Assembly (NCBI GenBank): GCA_946965045.2
Contig: OX337234.1
Location: forward strand, 1,178,001 to 1,242,000
Source of the DNA: Epithemia pelagica
Lineage: Eukaryota > Protista > Bacillariophyta
Length of the DNA: 64,000 bases
Direction of reading: 5' to 3'
Part shown: positions 10,706-22,558 of the stretch, piece after piece
Position numbering within the stretch: position 1 is the first letter of the stretch
Layout: each line of letters starts with the position of its first letter
Translations under genes and position numbers: made by a program
Notes under the pieces: model-generated
Databases searched by the model: none
What the model saw: the letters and a program-made list of their open reading frames with translations, nothing else
What the model was told of the DNA's origin: nothing

Positions 10706-12163
10706 ATGACAGAGCAACAACATGATCATAAATTGGACGAAGAGAAGAAACCACCGCTAAAGAGGCCAGCCAAGTTCCCCGCTCCAGGTGGATTGCCGTT
10801 TGACCAAACAAGAAAATTAATCAAGGCCATCGAAAAACAAGGCCAGTCGAGACACTCCTTTGATCTCCTTTTGTTTTGCATCAATAATCCCACCGACTGG
10901 GGATTTGAAGGCTCGTTGAAGCAACGACAAGTGCAACTTCGCTGGGGCAAGTGCAAGTCCCGGTCCATCCAAGCCTACGTCAACTACCTCCATCGACTGG
11001 GAATTGATCCAAACGAGAAGACTCTCAAAGAACTTGACAACAAAGAGTCAGGAACCATGGTGAAGAGCAACAAGATTTCCGACAATGACACTTACACCAC
11101 TGATGTTGCCGACGACGTCAGCCCCGAAGAGGAGCAGATGTACAAGGACGCTTATGGGCGCTTGTATGGTGAACAAGATTATGCTGCTGGCATGGCTGAG
11201 CAAGACGACGACAGGAAGCCAGCTCCCCGCAATCTCAACCGCACACCTGTGAAGGGAGGAGAATCACCGGCGGTGTTTCTTGGCAACGATGCCCACGATG
11301 CCCACGATCAGCAGATGGGACAGGTAAACGCCTCCAACTTCTTCGCAAGTCCCAGCCCAGCACGCCACAACGTTGCCGCCGCTTATGCTGTCCCTGGTGT
11401 CGACCTCAATGGAGGTGATCCACCGCAACATGTCTTCGGGAGGGTGTCTCCACTTCTTTCTCGTATCCCTCCTCGTCCCCCACAACTGCCTAACGACGTG
11501 TTGCACCCATTTGTTCCGACAAGTTGGTTGGTGAATCAAAATGGGACGGTCAAGCACCCTTGGATAATCGCCGTCAACCATTTGAGTGCCGAACGTAACA
11601 GAGATTTCGACATTCAATACGTTGAAGGGATCGACCAGGACGAACTTTTCACTCGCAACGGCTTCCACTTACGCCGTTCAGTCCCTTGCCAGGACCATCA
11701 TTTATGGGATGCGAGCATTCCCGACGATGTTTTCGGAGAAAGCTGGCGTGGTCGTTTAATCTCGATGAGGGGGCCGGCGCAGGACTTCTGGATCCGCGAT
11801 CCCGAGCGGTACCACAAGGACGAGAAGTTGTCCAAGATCAATTGTGCCGCTACAAAGAAGGCCCATAGTGCTACTATGGTGGCTATTGAGGATTCTGACG
11901 ATGGCAGCTACTGGGCCCACTATAGGTTTGCCTTTCACCCGTCTATCAAACTCGACAACCAGATTTTCTCCAAGGATGAGACTGTCATCCCTACGGAGTA
12001 CAACCCCATCAAAATGAAATCAAATGACTCGGAGAATGATTTCGGCCGTGATCTCCTTGGTATGACTATCTTTTGGCGCATTGCATGCAAGGGTGGCACC
12101 AAGATTGCCACCAAAGGCAAGAAGAATGCGGAGGCTGCCAGGAACATGTTTGGTGACTTGTAA
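10706..12163 (+). CDS. Transposon accessory protein B (485 aa); N-terminal helical domain possibly Myb/SANT-like
   Basis: Long intact ORF inside the TIRs, divergent from the transposase; ~70-aa helical N-terminal block, low-complexity linker, globular C-terminal block; the DNA-binding assignment is inference from the usual Harbinger two-gene layout. Confidence 0.6.
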   Translation: MTEQQHDHKLDEEKKPPLKRPAKFPAPGGLPFDQTRKLIKAIEKQGQSRHSFDLLLFCINNPTDWGFEGSLKQRQVQLRWGKCKSRSIQAYVNYLHRLGIDPNEKTLKELDNKESGTMVKSNKISDNDTYTTDVADDVSPEEEQMYKDAYGRLYGEQDYAAGMAEQDDDRKPAPRNLNRTPVKGGESPAVFLGNDAHDAHDQQMGQVNASNFFASPSPARHNVAAAYAVPGVDLNGGDPPQHVFGRVSPLLSRIPPRPPQLPNDVLHPFVPTSWLVNQNGTVKHPWIIAVNHLSAERNRDFDIQYVEGIDQDELFTRNGFHLRRSVPCQDHHLWDASIPDDVFGESWRGRLISMRGPAQDFWIRDPERYHKDEKLSKINCAATKKAHSATMVAIEDSDDGSYWAHYRFAFHPSIKLDNQIFSKDETVIPTEYNPIKMKSNDSENDFGRDLLGMTIFWRIACKGGTKIATKGKKNAEAARNMFGDL

Positions 12164-12305
12164 GCCACCAATTCCTACGAGTGTTTACATGATGAGTTTT
12201 TACATGATGAATTTTTACATGATGAGAGTTTCTACATTGACAAGTAGTTAGTAATCTTCCTTTATCCTGTATTAGTTGAGAATTTGCATTAACCATGATG
12301 TTGCA

Positions 12306-12752
12306 TTAACCGTGACCATAGCGCACACGACGCCAACGAGCCTTGTCCACACGTAGGTTACTTTGACGTTGCACAGCAACCGTCAAATAATTTAGGAACA
12401 AGTTCCCAATCCGATGGCCAGCTTCTCCTTCGGAGGAGATGCCCTCACACTGGGACAGCCTCCTCGTAAGGTCGCGTAGCAGCTCTTCAATGTCACAGTG
12501 CTGCTGGAGAACAGCCTCTTCATAGCTTGCCGTTGGTGCTTCCTCTCCGACTCAGATCGATTCGTGATGAAGCCGTGTTGCAATCTCCTCCTCGTTCGGC
12601 TTGATGATGATAATGACGTAGGTAAAGAACTCTGTCCTGCCCTTCTTCTTCTCGAGGAAGCCCCTCTTTCCACGGTACGTCCCACCAACAATCCGGATCT
12701 TGGCTCCCTTCCGGTCGGCGGGGTTAACCTTCGGTTTCTTCTTCTCGGCCAT
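12306..12752 (-). pseudogene. Small KOW-like protein (148 codons) with one in-frame TGA
   Basis: KGAKIRIVGGTYRGKRGF resembles a KOW motif; the frame continues past TGA (12552-12554) as VGEEAPTASYEEAVLQQH...KARWRRVRYGHG-stop. Confidence 0.6.
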
Positions 12753-12896
12753 GATTGTGACTTCTTCTTCTTCTTCTTCTTCTTGCTTTCGTCTTGAAAA
12801 ATGAGTCTGATTGTTGTGTTGCTGTTGTCGCAAGCAATTTCATTGGCGAGTTTGGCAGGAACCAATTCTTCGATTGCTTAATCTATCGCTTTATCA

Positions 12897-12977
12897 TTGT
12901 ATCGCTCTCATTTCAAAAGTCGCCTGTTTATTCCATCTTGTATCGCTCTCATTTCAAAAGTCGCCTGTTTATTCCAT
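12897..12977 (+). repeat. Two-copy 40-bp tandem duplication (period 41)
   Basis: TTGTATCGCTCTCATTTCAAAAGTCGCCTGTTTATTCCAT at 12897 and again at 12938. Confidence 0.9.
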
Positions 12978-12987
12978 GGTGACCGTC

Positions 12988-13182
12988 AACCCGATACATC
13001 AGGCCGATACAAATCGCAACAAATTCGGAAGACCCGATACAGAGGACTCGAGTCCCCCGATACAAATACGGTTACAAATCCGTTGTATCGATACAGTACC
13101 TAAGCCCCCCGATACAACTAGATACAACCCCGATACACGACTGGATACAGTTGTATGTGCATCGATACAGAATCCGATACAT
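12988..13182 (+). repeat. Right subterminal array of CCGATACA motifs, same strand as the left array
   Basis: About ten (CC)GATACA copies on the plus strand. Confidence 0.88.
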
Positions 13183-15660
13183 TTGGCGAGCTCAGCGCAA
13201 GGCTTCCCGAAGTTCAATAATTGGTACATTTAAGTAATTTTTTAGACACGTGCCGGTTCCTCTTTTGATAGTGTACGAAAATCGGGTACAGTCATCTCAA
13301 CCAATCAGAAATAAGCCCAGTGGGGTCATGGTTACAAATATAGCGGGTGTCCCAGGAACCGAGACCATCATGAGCAAAGGTCCGAACCACTCGACAAAGG
13401 CGGCTGGTTTTGAGATTTTCTATCAAAAATGAGTACAAAATTATATCCGCGACTGAAAAATGAGGGAGATCTCGAAAAGATCCCAAAGAACTTTCACACC
13501 AAATCTTGAGACCATGTCGGCACGGAGGCGCGCAAACTTGCATCACTCTGTCTCTCTCTGGTGTGATGGATGTAAGCTTTACACCGGGCAAGGACAAGCG
13601 GCTAATACTCCAGGCGACCCACCCGCAAGGAACGAGCCAAGAAAGCCATGTGGAAGGTCTACGACGGCTTGCCTTGTCCCTGGGAGAAATGGATGCGGCG
13701 TCGACATTTTCCTTGTCGCACCATCGTCAACTTCCCGAGGCTATCTCCCAACTCCCCAGCATGGGAGCTCTGACAGGCTGGAGCCACCATGGTAAGAGGG
13801 ACGGCCACCAAGTACACGTTACTGGGCAAAATCGATCTGAACGAACAAATCAAAATGACGGAAGACTTGATGAAAAGTTGTCAGTTTGTAGCGACAGTAT
13901 GTGTGTTGATTCATGAACCATCTTTGGGATACAGTCGAGCCTTTCGACGGCACGTCAAACAAGAGGTTCATGGATTCATCCATGAACCTCCCTATGGCCC
14001 CCCAATCCGGAATGGATGCCGTCGTTTATTAGATGAAGACTATGATAGAGTTCGAAGCTTCGTGATTGTCGCAAAAACTCTGCAATAGATATGATGTGTG
14101 AATTTCGTGGGAAAAATCAAATGAGTGGTAGAGATGAAGTCGTTCATCTGATGAGATGCTATGTGGTTTTTAACCATTTTGCTTGTCCTGCTCCGTTTCC
14201 ATTGTTATTTGTTTATTTCACTTTTTCACAACCTGGCACGCTTATTCATTCGTAATAAAAGCGATGTGGAGTGGTGGATGTGGTGGGGAACGTTCAGCTT
14301 TAGATAGCTCACCACTCAATAACAGCTCTGTTTTGTACGTTCTGCTACACAACAATCAACGAGCAGACAACGAAACAGAGGCCATTTTTGTTAGTGTGGA
14401 GCAACGGAAAGGACCAAATCCATGTCCTACATGTTCGTATATGTTCTTGATTGTATCTTATCTAGTGGGAAACTGCGGGTTCAAAGGCTTTACAGGATGG
14501 GACGACAGAATGACAATTGTCATGACGGACGACACGACATGGGCATGCGGTTGAAAATCGGCGTGAAACTTGTTGTCTTTATTGTGTCAACATTGATCCC
14601 TTATCAAGTGGGTCGTTTGGGAAGGATGAAGGCGGTGGCTGTGATTCATCGGAGTAGTAGTAGTACATGGGCCGTGGTGATACCAATTTTGAATTCATTT
14701 AAGCTTTTGAATGTTACAATGGTGGAGTCAAGGATAAGATACTGGAACACAAATTGGCCGTGGGTTGTTGATCGAGATGCTTCGTTTGTTGGTACCATTG
14801 CTGCAAGGCTTGCAACCATGCGTTTACCATCAATGTAGGATTGAGATCTGGTCGCAATTGTAGATGTTGCTGCTGCTGGTGTCCATGACAGGCCACGCAA
14901 AGTTGCAACAATCCGTACGCGGTTGCCAATGCCGGATGGTGAATGGTATCATGAGGATTGTAATGGGATTGTTGCAAGCCCTGGTAGAACAAGTTCAGTG
15001 GTACATGGCACCAGTGCCGAGATTCGAGGAGGATGTGCACCATGAGAACAAGCACAAATCTGGCGGTAGAGAATTGTCCGGCAATAAGAATTGGCCATTC
15101 GTATCATTGACACCTTGGTCCCTTTTGTTTTGCTCTTTTTGTTCATTGGCCATGGCGGCTGGGCATTGTTCAGTGAACGAGAAATTTGAACAACCGTCCT
15201 GGATGGCGGATGCCGTGGCTGTGGCTGTGGCTGCTGTGGTGTGCAAGACATAAAACCACTCACATCATTCAACCAATATCTACTCCTAGTCTATTAGTAG
15301 AACCATTGCCTAGAATTTCTCGTGGCTCACAATGACATTGTCGCGTTGTTCCAGGGCCTGTTTATGGTCACCAACGTCTCCTTTTCATGTGCTATGGCGG
15401 CTAGAAGATAGGGATGTCTCCTTAATTCTGTTGTTCATTTTATGATTACAACTCCTAACTATCGTGTCGTGCTGTTCGTTTCGATACTGTTGTTCCGTTC
15501 ACGTATTCAGGTTGCTGTTTGAGTTCTGTTAAAATTGATGATACACTGTGGTCGTTGTTGGTGGCGTGTGAAATGGTGGTGAATGTGGTGGATTTTGGTT
15601 GTGGCTTGGTGATTCCTTGTGCTGGATAGCACTGTGAGGTGGACGTCTTTTCTAGGTTGG

Positions 15661-17379
<1,719 letters not shown>

Positions 17380-17653
17380 CTTGTACTCTACCGTAAATAT
17401 TACTCCTACGGTAGTGCAATGTAAATTCTACCGAGGTGGATGGCACATTTTTCCGTTCCATCCGTCAGAAATCGGGTACTCCCCAGAGGGGTCGAGTTTA
17501 GTCGCATGTTGGTCAACTTCTTTCTCGAAGCATCTCGCAACACGAAGGGGCATGCGCGCGCTGAAAGATGGCACGCGTCACTGCGCTGACGTAGTAAAAT
17601 TGAAGAGAGCAAAGTCTAGAAAATAGGACAAATGACAAAAATCTCTACGCTTT

Positions 17654-17847
17654 GTACAAACCACCGAAGGAACTACGAACACACACTGTGCACGTGTCCT
17701 CCGGATTGTCACTTGAGGTCCGCACAGACGTAGGGGGGGGGGTGTCCATCTGTATGGATACTGGGATGGACATCCGTTGGGTGCATCTTGCTAGGAGAAG
17801 GATTCACACAACCAGTTGCCGAAAGGCCACAAGAACCGATGGCTCCA
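17654..17847 (-). repeat. Ngaro repeat B2
   Basis: Near-identical to 18058-18249 (G-run of 10 versus 9; differs at the junction). Confidence 0.9.
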
Positions 17848-17863
17848 GGGCGGGTTAGGGGTA

Positions 17864-18067
17864 TTTTAGAACTGTCTATGTCTAGGGGACCTTCAAGGGA
17901 TGTCGATGCTTGCGAAGGAGCTCGATCCGAGAAGAGTGTGCTCCTCTCGTCAGCTACCTTGGGAGTGGACATTCGTGAGCGCGGTCATTTTGTGCACGCG
18001 TACCGAGACGATGGACGGCAGCTGGCTAAGCGACTTCCTCCGCGACCCGACAACCCAGTACAAACAA
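17864..18067 (-). repeat. Ngaro repeat A2
   Basis: Matches 25322-25495 joined to 32026-32058. Confidence 0.9.
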
Positions 18068-18249
18068 CGAAGGAACTACGAACACACACTGTGCACGTGT
18101 CCTCCGGATTGTCACTTGAGGTCCGCACAGACGTAGGGGGGGGGTGTCCATCTGTATGGATACTGGGATGGACATCCGTTGGGTGCATCTTGCTAGGAGA
18201 AGGATTCACACAACCAGTTGCCGAAAGGCCACAAGAACCGATGGCTCCA
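18058..18249 (-). repeat. Ngaro repeat B1
   Basis: Direct repeat of 17654-17847. Confidence 0.9.
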
Positions 18250-18296
18250 CACCATCAAAGCCTTAGGATCCTGGAGGAGCAAGGAGTGCTGATCGG

Positions 18297-19670
18297 TTAC
18301 CGGTCGAGGCGAAGTTGTGAGGTGAAGGATGCGAAAGGGAACTGGCCATCAAACATGGTTTCTTCGGGGGCTTCCATCGCTGTCTCTGTGTTCAATTGGA
18401 GAGGGATCGAGTTGTCGACAACTTGGGTACCTGTGGTCAAGTTGTGGGTGTTGTTGTGGGGTTGCAGAGATGGGCTGCGGAGTTGGCTGCCGTCGGTGTG
18501 ACGGAAGTCAAGGGAGGTGAGCATCATGGATGAGAGATTTGCTGTCCATTCGAGGACTTGGGGTCTGATATAGCGCATGAAGGCGGAGCTGCTCCATCTG
18601 CCGAGGATCATAATTTTCACGATTGAGGCATTGGCAAGGAAGAGAGCCATTGCGGCTCCAGAGCGGATGGAGTGTGTGCCGATGTCCTGAGGGTGATAAC
18701 CGAAGACTTCATGGCCGCCACCATTAGCGCAAGAGGACCGGAGGGCGGTGCGGACGTCTTCTTGTCTGATGTATCGAATGGTGGGCGTCGTTTTGTTTTG
18801 GGTTTTGGTTGGTGGGAACCAGCAGTTGACTGGTGTGTTAGGAGGAGCGGAGGGATAGTGATGGAGGATTCGTCTGATGATGCGGCCCCAGAGGGTGACT
18901 GGGTCCAGAATGGGGTGGTTTGTCCGACTCTGGGTGCGCGTTTCGAATTTCTTGTTGTTCTTTTGGTCTTCAAAGGTTATTGAGACGAACTGGGCTTGGG
19001 TGTCGAAATTGGGGTCGAGAGGGGAGATGACGGATCGACGCTCATCGTTGCGGGAGAAGACGATGTTTCCAATGCACAGGAGTTTGGTTTTTCCGCGGTG
19101 AGGGACGGTGGTGTACTCACAGGAGCGAGTGGCGTAGAAGTAGCCGCCACAGCTGAGTTCGACCGTGCACGCTTGGAACGAGGCGGTGTTGGGGGAAGGG
19201 GGTGTGTCGGTCTCAGTCTCGTAGGCTTCTTTCCATGCGAAGATGAGATGCTTGGGGGTGACAGCTTTCTCGCGTTGTTCTGGTGGGTCGAGGTTGAACC
19301 AGGCTCGCTTGAGGCTGGCCACCATGGGATGGAGGGAAGAGTGGTCCGATCCGTGATAGGGGCTTGGCCGGTTGTTATCCCTGAAGACCGAAACCATGTC
19401 GCTAAGGGCTTGCGACAGAGTGCCTGCGCGAAGCGGCTCGGTTCGTCCAGACGTAAAGTGGGCGTCCCTGAGTTGTTGTAGGAAAGCACAGGCAATGGCT
19501 GTTCGGTAGTTGGCTGCTGACACGGAGTCGAGGAAGGGGTCGTCAGGGAATCCTGTGGATCGGAGGAATTTGATCCAACGGCCCCAGGTTCTGTCTCTTT
19601 TCTGGTGGCTGGCTTCAAGTTTTCCGAAGAAGATTCTGGTGGTTTCTGCGCGACGGAGGAGAGCCAGCAA
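18297..19670 (-). CDS. Tyrosine recombinase of the Ngaro element
   Basis: ATRSCEY (Arg), GTHSIRSG (HxxR), GRWSS (Trp), FMRYIR (Tyr); overlaps the RT/RH ORF in another frame. Confidence 0.92.
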   Translation of the reverse strand: MLALLRRAETTRIFFGKLEASHQKRDRTWGRWIKFLRSTGFPDDPFLDSVSAANYRTAIACAFLQQLRDAHFTSGRTEPLRAGTLSQALSDMVSVFRDNNRPSPYHGSDHSSLHPMVASLKRAWFNLDPPEQREKAVTPKHLIFAWKEAYETETDTPPSPNTASFQACTVELSCGGYFYATRSCEYTTVPHRGKTKLLCIGNIVFSRNDERRSVISPLDPNFDTQAQFVSITFEDQKNNKKFETRTQSRTNHPILDPVTLWGRIIRRILHHYPSAPPNTPVNCWFPPTKTQNKTTPTIRYIRQEDVRTALRSSCANGGGHEVFGYHPQDIGTHSIRSGAAMALFLANASIVKIMILGRWSSSAFMRYIRPQVLEWTANLSSMMLTSLDFRHTDGSQLRSPSLQPHNNTHNLTTGTQVVDNSIPLQLNTETAMEAPEETMFDGQFPFASFTSQLRLDR

Positions 19671-22546
19671 GTGACCTCTTTGGGCAGAGGTTTGATGACG
19701 AAATTGCTTGGAATCTGGTTCGGGTAGGAAGAACGTAAAAGGGAGGTGAGTTCATCGTCGGAGAGATCAAAACGCCGGGAGAGGAGGTCTGATACATTGT
19801 TGTCGCTACCGGGGATGTGTTCGGCTTGGAGAGCGAAGCGGTATTGAAGGACAATTTCAGTGAGACGCTGGGCCACTGTTCGGTGCAGGGGTTTTGCACT
19901 GCTGAAGGATGACTTGTGGAGCCATCCAACAGCGGAGGAACTGTCCGAGAGACATAGGACGGCATCATCAGGATTGATGGTGTCGTTGAGGCAGTCGATC
20001 CAGATGGTGATGACAATGGCTATAAACTCGAACAAGTTGTTGAGTTTTGGGGGCTTCGGAGGTGAAGGGGTGGTGTCTTCTGGGTTGACACTGTTCACGG
20101 TGGTGAACTCGTCGGCGGAAATCTGATAGCGCCATGCCATCCCGGTGCGGATGGAGAACCCACCCATGCCCGATGGACAGGAATCACCAAGGAGGAGGTG
20201 ATTGGGTTTACGTGTCGTCAGTAGGTTGAGGGAGATGCCTTCTCGCGCACGTTGCAGTAGGGAGGGCCACACGTGGAGGTCGAAAACTACGGCTTCTGGC
20301 AGGTGGTAACGATACCAAGGTTTGGGGGTAGGAGGTCGTAGGGAGGGACCTGGGGAGGGTGTTGTATCCTTGTCGGTGGAGGCTACTGGGTGTTTTGCTC
20401 GAAAATCACGTTCGATCTTGACTTTGAATTCGTTCAGTCGTGTTAACCAGTAATTGGCGATGGGGAAACCTTGGACAGCATTGAGGAGTTGACCAATGAT
20501 TTTGGAAAGGTCTTGATACGTGGTCCTCTTGGTTCTGGTCAGAGTTGTAACGACGGACAAACGGTGAAGATACTTTTCCTCTGGGAGACGAAGAAGGAGA
20601 CGTCGGGTGTCGAGTATCCAACCAAGGACGCGTTGGCGTTCGCGAGGGGAACCTTCGGCGATCAGTTTCTTTTCTTCGAGCATTGGGGCACGTAGAATTG
20701 GTTCGTCTGGGGAGACTGGACGAGACATCAGATCGACTGCAAGGGGAACGATACCCGGGGCGCGAGCAACGTGCTCAGGTGTGTCGAGAAACAGTTGGAT
20801 GGTGTCATCCAAGTACACGTCATGATATCCTTGTGGACGAGGTTCCAGATGGATGGCTAACTCTCGTGCGGGGGCAAAAGGAATAGACTCAGGGTACCGT
20901 TTCGGTCGGCCGACACCGTCTTGTAAGGGAGAGGAAAGGATGGATGGGTTCCAGTCATGGAAGTCAGCGATGTCGTTACAAAGGTCGTTGCACATATCTG
21001 AGACTACGCTGAATTCGGCTGGGTTTGCTTTGCCGCCAAAAGTAAGGCGAAGACCGACGTGGCAATAAGCATTGGAGGGGTCAATGGTAATGCAGCGAGC
21101 GGCCACAGAGCCATCGCCAGTGACTCTTCGGTAGGCCGAAGACCAGTCGTACTTGGAGATAAAGATACCGGTGTTGGGATAGTGTCTCCGAAGAGTGACG
21201 ATTTGGTGGATGATTCGGCTGAGGCAGTGTCCAAGGACAAGGTCAATCAATGACTTTGGGTCAATCAAGGCATTGAGGGAGGGACAGTGGCCAAAGGAGA
21301 ATGATTGATCATGTGTGAGTCGATCCTTCGGAACCAAGGATCCATCTTCATCGATACCCATCTGGTGGGCAACACCCATGGGGCTGATTCGTCCGCGGCG
21401 AATCTTGAGTGCACATTCTTTCGTGATGGGGAAAGAATAGCCTTTTGAAGCGTCTTTCTCAATGACTTTGAGGAGAGCTCTAGGATTTGACTTGCCGGAT
21501 GAATGATTTCCGTAGCGGAGTGCAGCAAGGTTTTCTCGATGACGAGCTGGTTCATATTCTTCAGCCAGAAGAGAGAACGTGACACCTTTGGTGAGGATGT
21601 GAAGGAGGCGCGGCCAGTGTGGGTGGGCACAAAGTAGAGGTTCGAGAATTTTGGGAGATCGAAATTCTGAACCAGGGCTGATCACGGATCTGGGATGGTG
21701 ATCGATCAATCGTTGAAGATCGTAGTCGAAGGACTTGAGGACGGCATCATTTTTCTCGGCACTCTCGTAACCAATATCTGGATCGTCAATGCAATAACAG
21801 AATGGGGAAGGTTTGGGAGTGGGAGAAAAAGAGGACAGAATAGACTTGAAGAGGTCTATTGAAAAGATGCGTCGTGGTGGTTGTTTCAATCTTGGGGGGA
21901 AGATCTTGAAAGCGAACATCTTGGAGATGTCGTTGGGTAGGTGTCCAGCTTTGTCAAGGTAAAGGACAGGAGGAAGGACTGTGCCAAGTGAATGAGGGGA
22001 CTCACCTAACATGGATTCGTGTCGATCAATTGCATGATCAAGTCTTAGGAGATTCCGCTCTAAGGGTTTTCCTTTCAATTCTTCACCAAGAATAGGCTCT
22101 GCACTTCCTTTGAGATGGTCAGATCGTGAAGGAGGAGATGGATGTGGGAGAGGGACTGAATCTGAGAGAATCTTCGAAGAGAGATCGGAAGGGTCGTAGG
22201 TTCGAATCGAAGAAATGACTGATGAATTCTTGGGGAAATGAACGGAAGTACGCTGCAAGGGCGACTGTTTTGGGACGGTGGACTCCAAAATTGAATTCTT
22301 CAAACTAGATGAATCAACGCTCAGCTGACGTGTTGAATGAGAGCTAACAATCAACTTGTTCGTGGAAATCGACGGAACAAAAGAGATGGAACCGGTATCG
22401 TGTCGAGGACGTGTAGAGCTATAAGATGACGTGCAGTGGGATAGCTCAAGAGCTAAGGTCGGAGAAGATGAGGGAATTGGGTCTGGTGGGATCCGATGAG
22501 GGGTGGGATGAAAATTGGAGTCTTTGGAAGAAGAAGAAATGATCAT
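18977..22546 (-). CDS. Reverse transcriptase / RNase H of the Ngaro element
   Basis: KDRLTHDQS, KYDWSSAYRR, RLTFGG, VYLDD, VLGWILDT; RNase H motifs GDSCPSGMGG, LFEFIA, SDSSSAVGW, HIPGSDNNVSDLLSR. Confidence 0.92.
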   Translation of the reverse strand: MIISSSSKDSNFHPTPHRIPPDPIPSSSPTLALELSHCTSSYSSTRPRHDTGSISFVPSISTNKLIVSSHSTRQLSVDSSSLKNSILESTVPKQSPLQRTSVHFPKNSSVISSIRTYDPSDLSSKILSDSVPLPHPSPPSRSDHLKGSAEPILGEELKGKPLERNLLRLDHAIDRHESMLGESPHSLGTVLPPVLYLDKAGHLPNDISKMFAFKIFPPRLKQPPRRIFSIDLFKSILSSFSPTPKPSPFCYCIDDPDIGYESAEKNDAVLKSFDYDLQRLIDHHPRSVISPGSEFRSPKILEPLLCAHPHWPRLLHILTKGVTFSLLAEEYEPARHRENLAALRYGNHSSGKSNPRALLKVIEKDASKGYSFPITKECALKIRRGRISPMGVAHQMGIDEDGSLVPKDRLTHDQSFSFGHCPSLNALIDPKSLIDLVLGHCLSRIIHQIVTLRRHYPNTGIFISKYDWSSAYRRVTGDGSVAARCITIDPSNAYCHVGLRLTFGGKANPAEFSVVSDMCNDLCNDIADFHDWNPSILSSPLQDGVGRPKRYPESIPFAPARELAIHLEPRPQGYHDVYLDDTIQLFLDTPEHVARAPGIVPLAVDLMSRPVSPDEPILRAPMLEEKKLIAEGSPRERQRVLGWILDTRRLLLRLPEEKYLHRLSVVTTLTRTKRTTYQDLSKIIGQLLNAVQGFPIANYWLTRLNEFKVKIERDFRAKHPVASTDKDTTPSPGPSLRPPTPKPWYRYHLPEAVVFDLHVWPSLLQRAREGISLNLLTTRKPNHLLLGDSCPSGMGGFSIRTGMAWRYQISADEFTTVNSVNPEDTTPSPPKPPKLNNLFEFIAIVITIWIDCLNDTINPDDAVLCLSDSSSAVGWLHKSSFSSAKPLHRTVAQRLTEIVLQYRFALQAEHIPGSDNNVSDLLSRRFDLSDDELTSLLRSSYPNQIPSNFVIKPLPKEVTCWLSSVAQKPPESSSENLKPATRKETEPGAVGSNSSDPQDSLTTPSSTPCQQPTTEQPLPVLSYNNSGTPTLRLDEPSRFAQALCRKPLATWFRSSGITTGQAPITDRTTLPSIPWWPASSEPGSTSTHQNNARKLSPPSISSSHGKKPTRLRPTHPLPPTPPRSKRARSNSAVAATSTPLAPVSTPPSLTAEKPNSCALETSSSPATMSVDPSSPLSTPISTPKPSSSQ

Positions 22547-22558
22547 CCCGGCCTCCTG

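Larger units (their letters stand above)
8272..13352. mobile_element. PIF/Harbinger (PHIS)-like DNA transposon, 5,081 bp, four ORFs
   Basis: 25-bp TIR GGACACCCGCTAT(T/A)TTTGTAACCAT at 8272-8296 and 13328-13352; CAG TSD at 8269-8271 and 13353-13355; encodes a DDE transposase. Confidence 0.88.
8093..13408 (-). mobile_element. tRNA-derived SINE-like element (~232 bp), split by the Harbinger-like insertion
   Basis: 19-bp direct repeat TTTGAGATTTTCTATCAAA at 8074-8092 and 13409-13427; on the minus strand an A box TGTCGAGTGGT (13386-13396) and a B box GGTTCGAGTCC (8249-8259), 54 nt apart once the insertion is removed. Confidence 0.7.

Noticed and set aside
8230-13408. Functional tRNA gene
   Set aside because: A and B boxes are present, but the acceptor, anticodon and T stems pair poorly; treated as a SINE head.
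13430-15600. Several 80-140-aa ORFs on both strands
   Set aside because: No recognisable motifs or consistent exon structure; possibly a decayed gene, but unsupported.
17848-17863. Telomere-like GGGTTAGGG in the Ngaro spacer
   Set aside because: A single unit, which can arise by chance.
17788-18501. 237-aa ORF with an internal repeat
   Set aside because: It reads through the Ngaro B2-A2-B1 repeats; the repeat in the protein is a by-product.
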